This document shows, piece by piece, positions 51,671-64,000 of a stretch of 64,000 bases of DNA. The notes beneath the pieces were generated by a model, which was given only the letters and a program-made list of their open reading frames with translations, had not been told where the DNA came from and made no database searches. This DNA comes from Antedon mediterranea (taxonomy: Eukaryota > Animalia > Echinodermata), in the NCBI RefSeq assembly GCF_964355755.1, contig NC_092680.1, positions 10,230,001 to 10,294,000 of the forward strand. The letters are read 5' to 3'. The position numbers and the translations under genes were made by a program. Numbering within the stretch: position 1 is the first letter of the stretch; every line of letters begins with the position of its first letter.

Positions 51671-54600
51671 GGAGTGGAGTGGAGATCTAAATTGCATCAT
51701 GAATAGTGACATTGACCAAAAAGGTAGCGCAAATAGGTCTGATAAATCTGTTTTTACGATTAAAAACCTAATGAAAAATTTAAATTTAAATGATATTTGG
51801 AGATCCAAAAACATGAATAAGCGACAATTTACGTGGCGTAAGAGATTTAACAACATTTTCCGTAGGCTGGATTACTGGTTAATATCAGAAGATCTCTTTT
51901 TAAATGGAGATGTTTTAGCCTGTGACATTCGTCCAGCTATTCTCACAGATCACCAGGCGGTATCAATTAAAATAGATTTGCATGAAAAAAAACGCGGTCC
52001 TGGTTTATGGATGTTCAACAATAGCTTTCTGAAAGATGAAACATTTACAAAATTAGTAATTAAAATAATTGATGTTTCAATACTAAAAAATAATAGAGAA
52101 CCTGTAAGTGCAAATTTGTTATGGGAGCTTGTAAAAACAAAAATAAAAGAATTTTCAATTGCATACGGAAAACAAAAAAATAAAAACCAGAATAAAAAGA
52201 AAGAAAAATTACAAAAACAAATAAAAAACTTAAATGAAACAATTATGAATACTCAAAATTGTGATATAACCATTGAAAATAAAATTGAAAACAAAAAAAT
52301 AGAGCTTGAAAACATTTATAATGTAGAAGCAAAAGGCGCGCAAATTAGGTCCAGAGTAAAATGGATAGAGGAAGGCGAGCGGAATACAAAATACTTTCTT
52401 GGGTTAGAAAGATCCAAAAGTAAAAAGAAACACATAAAAAGTTTAATTACTAAAGATGGGAGCTTAGCAACGAGCCCAATTGATATTTTAAAGGAACAAA
52501 TACAACATTTCGAAGGTTTATACGCAAAAAATGTTATAAACCCTGGAAAAATTAATAAATACCTTTGTAATTCTATTATAAACAAGCTTTCAGAAATAGA
52601 AAAAGAAAATTGTGAAGGTTACGTCACTATTGATGAATGTAAAAAGGCCATTTTCAATGATGGAAAAAAATAAAACACCTGGATCGGATGGTCTAAGTGT
52701 TGAATTTTATGTGTTCTTTTGGAATAATATTAAACATTTAATTTGCGATGCGTTAAATGAAAGTTATAATTCTCAAGAATTATCCTTTTCGCAAAAACGA
52801 GGTGTAATCACCCTTTTGTTCAAGGATGGAGAAAGAGAAAATTTGAATAATTGGCGTCCCATTACCCTCTTAAACACCGATTACAAAATTCTTGCACATG
52901 TATTAAGTAACAGACTTAAAATGGTTATTAAATCAATAGTAAGTTCAGACCAAAAAGGTTATATAAAAGGCCGTTTCGCTGGTGAAAACATTCGGTTAAT
53001 AGAAGACCTGCTTTATTATACAGAGTGTAATGATATCGAAGGGGCAATAATTACCGTAGATTTTAAGAAGGCTTTTGACTCTATTAGTAGAGATTTTATG
53101 TTCAATGTTCTAGAAAAGTTTAACTTTGGAATGTTCTTTTGTAACTGGGTAAAAGTATTATACAATAACGTTGAATGTGTTACAGTTAACAATGGTTGGG
53201 TTTCAAACAATTTTAAAATGGAAAGAGGTATTAGACAAGGTTGTCCTCTATCTGCTCTGTTATTCATTTTAGTGGTTGAAGTAATGGCATCTAGAATAAG
53301 AAACAAAGATGACTATAAGGGTATTAAACTTCCAAATAATGAAAATAACATAGAAGCTAGAATAAGCCAATTAGCCGATGATACTGTTTTGTATGTTGGT
53401 AATGACAAAAGTATTAAGTCAGCAGTCAGTGTAATTAAACGTTTTTGCGAAGTATCTGGAATGACACTAAATAAAAAAAAACCAATGCTTTTTGGATTGG
53501 TAAATGGAAGAACAGAATAGATAGACCTTTAGAATTAAATTGGGTAAAACACCCGATCAAAATTTTAAGCATATATGTAGGGTATAATACAGAAGAATGT
53601 ACCAGAAAAAACTGGGATGTTAAATTAATAGAGCTAGAAAAGACTTTAAAACAATGGAATGCTAGAAATCTCTCAATTTTTGGTAGAATAATAATCCTGA
53701 AAAGTCTTGCACTATCTAAATTAACATATGCTGCAAATATCACTGATGTTCCAAAATATGTATATACACAAGTTACAAATCTAATATATAATTTTATTTG
53801 GAACAATAAAAGGGAAAAGATAAAAAGAAAAACTCTAATTGGTGATGTTGAGATGGGAGGCATTAAAATGCCTGATTTTACTCTTCATGTTAACGCACTC
53901 ATGTGTGGCTGGTTAAAAAGAATTATGAATGATGATGGTGCTAAATGGAAAAATATTCCAATGTATTATATTAAAAAAATATGTGATGTTAATGTTTTAC
54001 TTAATATGTCATGTTATAACATTATTGATGTTAATTCTGATAAAATTCCACTGTTTTACAAAAATATGATAAAAGCCTACATAAATTATAACAGAATCTC
54101 TAAAAAAAACCTGAAACTTATAACGATATAATGAATGAGCAACTGTGGGGAAACCACTACGTTAAACTAAAAAAAAAACGCTTTTCTACAAGCATTGGAT
54201 TGACAGTGGCATTATCAGTATTAAAGACATTGTTAATAAGAACACTTTTTTAACATCGAACGAAATACTGGTGAAACTACAATGTAAAACAAACTGGTTA
54301 AATGAGTATTTGTGCATTATTAAGGCAATACCAATTCAATGGAAACGTATTATTAAGGAGGTAGATATTTTCAATTGTGATGATAATGATGAAGTAGTTG
54401 GGACTAAGTATGAGATTAATACTACCAAACTAATATACTCATGGTTTGTGAAAGAATATTTCATTATTCCAATGTCACAACTAAAATGGGAAGAGTACTT
54501 CAATGATAACAACATTGATTGGAAAACTTCTTGGTTACGGAAAGTATGTAAAATGAAAGATAAGAAACTAGCACAATTCAATTATAAGATGTTACATAGA

Positions 54601-55380
54601 ATACTGCCTACCAACAAACGGCTGTATCAGTGGAAAGTTAAGGAAACACAAACGTGTGACAAATGTGGAGAAATTGAAAATGAAAATCATTTGTTTTTTA
54701 GTTGTAGATTTATTCAGAAATATTGGAGGAAAATGCTTAGTATCTTTGTAAGTTTAAATCACAATAATATATCATTTAAACAATTAATACTAGGAACGGG
54801 AGATAAGCTAATAGATTATATTTACACTTTTGCAGCATTTACTATTTATAGAATAAAAATGTTATCTGCACTAAATAAGCCAGTGGGTAAATCTTTATGG
54901 AATTCATTTAAAAGCAATATGTTATATAACATTGAATGTGAAACATATAATAATAAAGAAACAAGTATAGAAAAATGGGTAGCTTTAAGAAATAAGATTA
55001 TGATAATATAAATTCTAACTTGATACGATTAACCGAAAAGGAATTACGGTGATACGGGTTACTGGTGGTACTGAGCTATTATTGTTTTTTTTATCATGTA
55101 TATAAATATATTGTATAATCCGGGTTGTAAAATGAAAACAAACAAATGAAAATGTGTGAACTATTTTAAAACGGGATAGATGATAATGATGATCCTGTCA
55201 AGTGTATAACAAAATATAAGAAAATTAATGAAAAAAGGAGTAATACAGAATTCATATATGTAAAAATGTTACTTATGAACTGTAACGACATTTACAAGTT
55301 AAATAATACGATTTTATGTAATATGAGATAATATGAATGTGAATAAAAGTGGTGTTTGCGCCACAAAAGAGAAAAAAAAA
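51671..55380 (+). mobile_element. 5'-truncated L1/Tx1-clade LINE
   Basis: APE C-terminus (GDLN, RLDYWLIS, TDH), RT (WRPITLLNTDYK, GIRQGCPLS, QLADD), CDKC..H....C knuckle, poly(A), 11-bp TSD AACTCTTATTT (51660-51670, 55381-55391). Confidence 0.92.
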
Positions 55381-58300
55381 AACTCTTATTTCATTCGTTT
55401 TTTTTGGATGGTACACGCCTGAATGCGGTATGTAATTAACACTACCATCGGTTACGCCGTACTCAGATTCAGGTACCTTTTCTGCATAGCCTGCAAGTAT
55501 ACCATTCATAAAGGCAATATAGTGTTCTTTAAATGTTGAATTTCTTTTAAACTTTCTCTTAAGCTGCAAAGCCCGTCTCACGGCTGCTAAACGATTGTTA
55601 GGAAATCGTACATCTTCACGACACATCGGCAATGGCATCTCATAATGACCATCATTTCTCTTGACAATTTTACTGGAAAGTATGGAAATAAATCTATGAT
55701 CTTCCACAGAATATCCCTTTTTTGTTGATACATGCTCTACAAAATCCATCTCAAACATCTGCCTAACCTGTTGCATGCTGATTATTTCTTTCACCTTGGT
55801 AGCATGAGTAAGTCTGTTTTTAGGATTTTTGACTGTGTCAACGCAGCCTGGATTTCTAGAAGATTGCTTATGGGAATCAGATAGAGTTTTGAAAGTTTTG
55901 CTAACATTTCCAATTATTCCCCCCATCCCAGAATGGAACGTTGGCCATAAGGATCGTTTTCATCTCCAGCCACAATCTCACGTGGTCTTATTGCTCGGGG
56001 TATAGGCCTATCGTTACCAATAAGGATCCCAATTTTTACGTCTGGTAAGTATGGTACAATCAGATTAGCAATGCGCTGTAAATGTGAGAATTTATTCGCG
56101 TCTTGCTGTCTGGGTATTTGTGATCTTCCTATTGGAATCTGGTCTCTTGTAAACACTCTCGATAGAGGAACCATTTCTTTTCTGTCAAAACTCAACACTT
56201 CCAAATTGTGAATTTTCCTACTAGGTATCATCACGTTTGCTTCTAGCATCGTAGACAGTGAGAGTTGAGTTGCATGCCCATAAACTTGAAGTTGATTAAA
56301 CAGATCATCTGAAATAAAACTGCTATTGCTTTGTGGATCCAGAATACAATACTGAAGAATCTCATTTGAAACATCATTTTTATTTCGGACCCATACAGGT
56401 ACCACCATTGAATTATCAATATTCTGTCGGCGTACCAAAGTACGATGAGAAGTGGTAGGCACTAGCCTCCTGTCAAAGTGTAGGCTAGTAAGGTGTTCGT
56501 TAGAACATGTTTTACATTTGATTCTGTTTTCACATGTGTTTAATTGATGTTGGTCAGTCATTCCGCAACCATAACATAACCTATTTTTTCTCAAGAATTC
56601 TTTTCTCTCCTTCCGGATTAGATTCTTGAACTTTCCACATTCGTCAACATGATGAGCCTCTTCACAAAACGGACATTTTTTACCATCAAAGTTCACAGTT
56701 TTTCTTTGGTTTGTTTCATCGTGCGCTACTGTGGCCAACGATGAAGTATTCTCACTTTGTACCCTTTGTTGTCTTGACCTTGTAGTTCCTTTGACTTCAT
56801 CACTCTTGTAACGTTGTTGAATTTAGCAAATTTAGTAAACGTTGGAAATATAGGCCTCTGTTCTTGGACAATATGACGCCACTTTGCTTCAATATATAAT
56901 GGCAATTTTGTAACAAGTTTCGCATTCTCTTGTGGGAAATTCAACATTTGTAGATACGGAATTCTCTGCATCGCAACATTCACTTCGTTTACAAAGTCAG
57001 AGAATTTCTGCAAGCTGGAAGCATCACGTACGCGGATATTTGGCCATGCATTGAGCTTGTCTGTAAAAGCTTTCGCAATGACACTGTCATTACCGTATCG
57101 TTCCTTCAATTCCATCTTAGCATATACATAAGCGTCTTCTGTCTGCAGTAACAAGTAGTTATATAGTAGTAATATTCTTTGGCTCACCAGCCAAATGTTG
57201 ACTTAACAAGTTCAGCTTCTCGTCAATATTAATTGCCTTTGATTCAATCAGAGCATTAAAAGAAGATTCCCACATCGGGTACTTAAGTGGATCACCACTA
57301 AAAACCTCAACTTTTAATGCTGGAAGCCTTATAGAATCAACGATCTGTTTCATTAAATTTGCTGTTGATGTTGGCAATTCGCTTACAACATTGTTCGTCG
57401 ATACCATCTCAGCTGCTTGACCATATACAGGTACTGCATACGACAATGTAACTGAGTTAGCGTGAACATGAGAAGAAACCAACGATTGTGGCAAGGTATT
57501 TGGATAACAACACACTGGACGGTCCGATAAGGCAGGCGTTGTGTACATAACAGATTGATCCACTGTGCTGTAATGGCTCTGTGTTCTTACATTTGTAGGC
57601 GCAATGGGATAGTCAGAAACGGCAAAGCTCACAGACACTGGTTGCGTAACCTTTCTACCATATGAAATTGGATGAGGCGTCAAAGACGAAACTGCATGTA
57701 ACATGATATTGACGCGTCTCACAGCGAGCTGGGGCACGAACGATTCGTACAAAGGACACCGCCAGACAACTGCAACAGTCAGGTCTTGGTTTTCCATATT
57801 AACTCGTTGATATATGGAGGCAACATGATCTAAAACAATCTCTGTAGTAGTTAATTGTGGTTCACTAACTACACGCACGATCGGAACATCTTTACCAGTA
57901 TCAACTTTTAAATACACATCATTCAGAAATCGTTTCATGTCGTGTTGTTTATCTTCTCCGGGTAATCCTTCAACTACCTGCTCAACAGAAAAATAATCTT
58001 CTTCTTCTGCTTTCAGACAGATGCTCATCTTCGCCATGTTTTTTGCCAAATCTTTCTGTAACTTTAACTCTTTAGCCAATCTTTCCTGTTGTAGTCTTTT
58101 CTCCTCTAATTGACGTTCTTTCTCCATAAACGACAATTCCACTTTCATTGCTGCTCCAGCCTCTGCTAACTCATATTTCCTTTGTTTTACAGAAGACTTG
58201 CTAGAACTAACTGTCGAACGAACAGAACGTCTACTTGCTCTGCTAGCTCTACTTGACAATTGCTCTTCTTCCATACTTAACAACTCCTTTAATTTTACAT

Positions 58301-59043
58301 TTGCAGATTGTCTGGTTTCAAATACGATCCTATCGTAATAATCATAACGATCATACAATTCTTTTCGTCTCTCTACACTCAATAACTCATACATATCTGC
58401 TTGAATGTCACCAAGCGTTCCTGTAACTGTGACCATTTTTGCAATTTCCGTTTGGATTACATGAATATCCACAGACTGAGCAATCAAATTTTGGACAGAA
58501 TTGCTATGGCTTTCTTGACATGTTTAACGCAACCGTTAAACTCTTTTTCTTTTAACTCTAACTTATATTCTCTTCCTTTTTCAGTCAGAGTTCTTTCTCT
58601 TTTATGAGCATTATCCGGCTCTTCACCTCTGCTTTCCCCCTCTGCTTTCCCGTCCCTCAGGGTTAGCTGCTCCTGTATCTGACATGGCGGAACAAGCACA
58701 GTACTACGATGCCTTGTTAAACCGCAATAAGAATTATCAGTTTACTGTTCTGCATGGAACCCCCGCAGTTTAAACGCGGACAAAACCACAGAAGAATAGC
58801 TTCTCTTTCTTGAGCTATACTTGCTCACTTTATTTCTACTCATCCGTTCATCCGGTAAACTAAAAAAAAAAAAAAAGAAACAATTGAAACGGCGCCATTA
58901 AGCACGTCCCTAACGTATACTACGGCTTATCACACATAACTCGCCGTTAACATGGGCATACTATCATCATTATGTCTATCAAACCTAACTAATTCATAAG
59001 TAAATAATAGATACAAATTATATAATGTAAATACCTGATATGA

Positions 59044-61563
59044 CTAGCAATTATACCCGCCCCAGGGCGGGTTTCAAAATTAGTTTGCAGCCTTCTCATT
59101 ACATAACACCCGACGCCAGTACAGTAGAACCTGTGTTTTACGTACCCTGATTTTACGTTCCCTCGATTTTACGTACGCTAAAAATAACCGATGACGTCAT
59201 CATTTTCTTACATTGAGGGCGCAATTTAACAACAACAAAGCACACAAAGCCACAAGCATGGCTGTGTGAGGAATTCTGCTGTGTGTGGGACAAGCTACGC
59301 ACTTGCATTCCCCATAAAGCAGCGACTGTTTTTTTTTTATAGAAAACAATTATATTTTACACTTTATTTAAACATCGCACAGCCTGTATATACTGTACTT
59401 TTCTAGTTAGGCCTCACATCTTGCTAGGCCTGCTAGCCTGGCCTGAATAGTCTAGGCAAGGCCTAGCTAGTGACCACCTGCATAATGTACAGAAGGCAAA
59501 CACGGCCAGCTACGATCTTTACGTATTTGGGGTCAATTTAAGGTCAACCTTGATTTTACGAATCCTTTGTTTTACGTACGCCTTTCGGTCCCGTACCGTA
59601 CGTAAAATGGAGGTTCTACTGTATCTGTCTATACTCACCAACCTCCACCCCTCTTCAATAACACCCCATACTCTATCTTAAAAACAAATTCTTCCCAGTG
59701 ATGGACACCCCAGATACACTGGGTGATGTGTTGAAGCCGGTTCCAGGACAAATTATGTTATTATCACTCCCAACCCATAATCCCTCAGCGGCAGTTTTCA
59801 AATGTAGTTTAAAACATTCCAAATACATTTTCGGTCATGGTGATAGGCCTACATGCCCACCCAAAACTCCCATCCGCTTCCCAGGGATGATTAAAAACTT
59901 TAACATTTTCCAACCACAATTCTGGTGTAAGCAAAATTCCCACTATCCCCTGAACCCAAACCCTATCTCCCAACCCCACTCTCGCACAATTGACGTTTTT
60001 TCCTTGGAGGATTGGTGATGTAGTTGAACACAGTAACCGTAAACAACATGTGTATGTTCACACAGGTATGGATGTCTGTAATGAGACAACCCAAGAGACC
60101 GATACATAGCTGGATATGGTTAAAGTACTTTGCTAAATGTGTAATTGAATAGGTGTCATATTGGTTAATTGGTTTTAACATTAGTTTAAAACCTTCTCAG
60201 AACACCCGACGCCAGTAGGCCTACCTCACTATACTCACCCACCCCTCTTCAATAACACCCCACACTCTTAAAAAAAAAAAAATTCTTCCCAGTACAAATT
60301 CAACTTCAAATTGAGAGGGTATACATAGCTACGATAGGCCTATGGTTTAAGTACGTTGTAAACTGTGTAAATAAATAGGTTTCATATTGGCTGATAATTA
60401 AAATATCTAATTTTGATACTGCGGCTCCCTAGCCTTCTTTCTCCTCTCACCATCCAAGCCACAATCAACAAACCTTAACTCCTCCCCTGGACAGTTCAAA
60501 TGTAGTAACTTTTCCTATTACAATTCCAATCATATAGGCTACTTCATTACGCCAGCATGTTCGGTCCTCCTCCTCCCACTTCAAACACACCCCAGATACT
60601 GGGTAACGTGTTTAAGAAGGTTCCAATAAAAATTATGTTAGCCATTTCCCAACCCATAATCCCTCAGTGGCAGTTTTCATAAGTAGTTTAAAACATTCCC
60701 AATACAGTTTCGGTCATGGTGATAGGCCTACATCCCCACCCCAAACTCCCAGCCGCTTCCCAGGGATAATTAAATACTTTAACATTTTCCAACCACAATT
60801 CTGGTGTAAGCAAAATCGCCACTATTATCCCCTGAACCACACTCTCCCACAATTGACGTTGACGCATGGTGATGTAGTTGAACACAGTAACAGTAAACAA
60901 CGTTTGTATGTTAACACAGGAATGGATGTCTGTAATGAGACAATCCAAGAGACCCATACATAGCTAGATATGGTTAAAGTACTTTGCTAAATGTGTAAAT
61001 GAATAGGTGTCATATTGGTTAATGAATAAAATATGTAAATCTATATACGCCTTGCTGAGGATAATTAAAATACTGTAAAACTTTTGTAGTATAATTTTAC
61101 AATTCGATAGCCTACAACCCCGAGCCCTAGCAAAAAATGACATCACAAACCACCACACCACCCCCCGCCCCCATCCCTTCCACAAAAACCCCAGGAGTCG
61201 GGGGAATTTTTTTTAATGTAGTTTAAAACCTTCCGGGTACAATTGCCATCATTTTGATACCCCATACGTATGGTTACGTGCAGAAACAGAAATTTGTATA
61301 ACGAACAAACATCGAAAGTGGGGGTTTTGACCACATTTTGGTCCTTAACATGGATCCTAGGTGGCGGATGATGTTGAAATATAGCTTAGAACATTCCCGG
61401 TACAATTGCGGTCATAACATAGCTTAGAACATTCCCGGTACAATTGCGGTCATTTTGATACCCCATATGTAAGATTACGTGCAGTAACAAAAATTTGTAT
61501 AACGAACAAACAAACAAACAGACAAACAGACAGACAGACAAACTCTCTCACTTATAATATAGA
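59044..61563 (-). mobile_element. Non-autonomous Helitron in the BEL 5' LTR
   Basis: Minus strand: A|TC start, (TGTC/TGTT)n microsatellite, 3' hairpin ACCCGCCC-TG-GGGCGGGT, CTAG|T end, no TSD; internal diverged tandem blocks (~59105-60180 vs ~60200-61030). Confidence 0.85.
59122..59621. mobile_element. Tc1/mariner (pogo-like) MITE
   Basis: TA|CAGTAGAACC...GGTTCTACTG|TA with TTTTACGT subterminal repeats. Confidence 0.85.
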
Positions 61564-62993
61564 TTATGTCTCCACACGGAGCATTGAAGGTGTACAACAA
61601 CGTTAATACAACGTATCGCCTATTGTGCACCGCTCTCATACAATGAACAGTGACTACAACATCGTGACTAGCCTAATTTACATATCAAGGTATCAAGGTG
61701 CGATGTACATACATAACAACCATCACTTTAATCAATGTCACCATCACCTTTGTCATCACCACATCATAATCAACTTAACTTCATCGCCACGAATGTATAT
61801 CAACATTATCATTGTGACAATTGAACTAGTGCTGTGGAGTAGCTTTACGTCATGTAGTTGAGTAATTGGTCAGACAACTGCCTTCCTCGGTCTCACATAA
61901 GAATTACTTGCTAATTTGTTAGCAGGTGTTTCAATGTACTTAATATAAAGTAAAAAAATTACGTCAGAGTGGGACAAACATCTGACCAATCATCATAGTG
62001 ACCATAAGTATTATCATCATCATCGATACCATCATAAATGGTCTAACCTAGCTCAATTATCATCTCTATTATATATATAGGCCGCCTCCAACCCACGTTC
62101 TTGACTATCGCTTTTTACTGAGCAAAAGGGCGTTACCCGACTATAGCAACCACACACATCTAAAGTTGCACGATGGAGGCATGTTTTCATAAGCCTGGAA
62201 AATGTGTTTTGTTATAATTAGAAATTAGAAGAGATTGGATTATTATCAAAGACAAAATAAAAATCACCGATGAGTTTGGAGATAAACAATAACCTCTTGT
62301 AAAAGTATAATATTATTGGAAACTAATTATTACTTTTTATAAGCCAAATTAAAAAAAATCTCATTTACAATCTCTATCTATTCATAATGTTTCAAATTTA
62401 GGCAACAGATAACAAAGCATTACAAATATTTATCATATTTTGATATATTTATTATAGGGCCTATTCTGTCCTGCAAAATCAAATAAAAACAAGTCAATCC
62501 GCATTTTAGTTACTACTTTACATCGCTTTACGGTAAATGCCAAACACTTCACAATATTTAGAAAGTAGAACCAGGGAAGTCCCTGGCAGAACTAATCTAC
62601 CCGTTTGCTATTATCATGATTCCCGCCGGAAATGCTGAATATAGTATCTTGTCTGTTCTTGCAATCTGATGGGTACGGATGTTTTAGTCTTTAATTGCAA
62701 ATTTTAAAAAAAGAATCATTTTAAGTGTTCATAATGTCTGAGAATTAACTGATTGATTTCCGAAGAAAGCATTAGCATTTTAATCAAATTATAAGCTCCG
62801 AAAGAGAATTTTATTTTTTAAACCAAATTATATCATTTATTTTACTATTTTGATTCTGTAATAAGGAAGTTATTAATAAAGTCGAACACGTTGTGCGTCT
62901 TCATAACTGGTGATCATAACACGGTTCCAGGGGGAATTTTACAATTTTTAGGCCCATGGCCAAAGTATTTCAAAATAATGTATCCACCACTGA

Positions 62994-63125
62994 CAGGCCC
63001 GTAGCCAGGGGGTTTTTTTTGGGGTTCGGGCGAACTCCTTACCCCCCCCCCCCCCTTTTGCGCGAACCCCCCTTTTACCAGCGAACCCCCCTTGAAAAAC
63101 AAAGGCCCCACTTCCAAAATCTTGC
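62994..63125 (+). repeat. Possible hAT-type MITE end
   Basis: CAGGCCCGTAGCCAGGGGG start with CGAACCCCCC repeats; partner end not found. Confidence 0.35.
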
Positions 63126-64000
63126 AATTAATTATCAATTATAGCAGATTTTTTGGTCATTTTACTTCTATTGACTATGTTTAAATCGATCGAATATACA
63201 GATTGTCCGATGTCAAAGTCACTGCTGAGCGTGAGATCGAGAGATTGTTGAGAGATGATGGTTATAAATAGGACAGAAAAATGGGCTTTTCGGAACGCAC
63301 AAGATCACGTTCAGTTCAGTTCAATCTTTTTGGGGATTTTTATTTTTTTCCTGGAAATATTTTTTATTAAACCAAAGAATTTCACTGTGTAAACTTGAAT
63401 AAAAATGGTGCTGAGTTCAATTGGTACGTGTACGTAGGCCTACCGTATATTTCGGTGTATAAGACGCACTTTTGACACGCAAATTTGACCTCTAAATGTT
63501 ACCCTAATTAATTTAATTACCTACTAATAAAAAAAAAATAAAAAAAAAAAAAAAAAATAAATAAAAATAGTGTACTACTTTGCAATGTAGGCCTAGCTAG
63601 TTACTCACTCCTGTCTAACCACAGTGTGGTAACAAGTTTATTGAATTTTTAGTTAAGATAATTGTCATCCTCGACTGTATTAATTAATATTACAGTACGC
63701 ATTATACCCATAGTAGGCCTGTTAAGTGACCCAATCCTTCAAATTGTGATAACATTCTGAAACTTTGCACAGTTATTCATTAGGGTGTCAAAAATATGAA
63801 ATGGAAGGGTTGCACAAAATTTAGTCAGGGGAAAGCCGCCATTTTGGATTTCAAAATGGCGGACCCAAATTGTTCACTTTTCAGGTATATCTCTGCTAAA
63901 TAGGCACCTAGAGTTCTGAATTTAGGTGCAAATTATATGGTAATGGGGTCACCAAACATATTGGTATAACTAACATTTTAATTGCATGGCGGCCATTTTG

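Larger units (their letters stand above)
45016..61718 (-). mobile_element. BEL/Pao LTR retrotransposon with three nested insertions
   Basis: Gag (FSGDPLKYPMW; Cys/His knuckles), protease (ILDPQS), RT (DIKGMF, FYVDD), RNase H (FSDAS, TIPRLEL), integrase (SDRGTN, GGVWER); 3' LTR 45016-45490; 5' LTR 58746-59043 + 61564-61718. Confidence 0.93.

Noticed and set aside
58470-58500. Programmed ribosomal frameshift in BEL gag
   Set aside because: No in-frame canonical slippery heptamer; BEL elements normally have a single ORF, so a mutation is more likely.
8000-64000. Numerous 60-170 aa ORFs in the track
   Set aside because: Mostly antisense or alternate frames of TE ORFs, or chance ORFs in repeats, with no recognisable motifs.

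Overview
AT-rich eukaryotic DNA, probably from a marine invertebrate (inference from the TE families present). The only host gene visible is the first four coding exons of a DEG/ENaC (ASIC-like) channel on the minus strand (344-2214). The rest is a deeply nested transposon pile: three Penelope-like elements (PLEs) with hammerhead ribozyme motifs, a 5'-truncated Gypsy, a young near-intact Mag-type Gypsy, a BEL/Pao element carrying PLE, Tx1-LINE and Helitron insertions, CR1/L2-group LINE fragments, a tRNA-derived SINE, and several long fold-back DNA elements. The most striking signal is a ~600-bp patch of a young PLE (47548-48135) where the conserved residues I could reconstruct differ from family consensus by A-to-G changes on the sense strand. 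This looks like ADAR hyper-edited RNA that was reverse-transcribed into the genome. Also notable: recurrent TA>TAGGCCTA insertions, a tRNA-Asp(ATC)-like cassette in a (TA)n/hammerhead hotspot, and a self-rearranged BEL end. All calls were made by eye; no searches were run.
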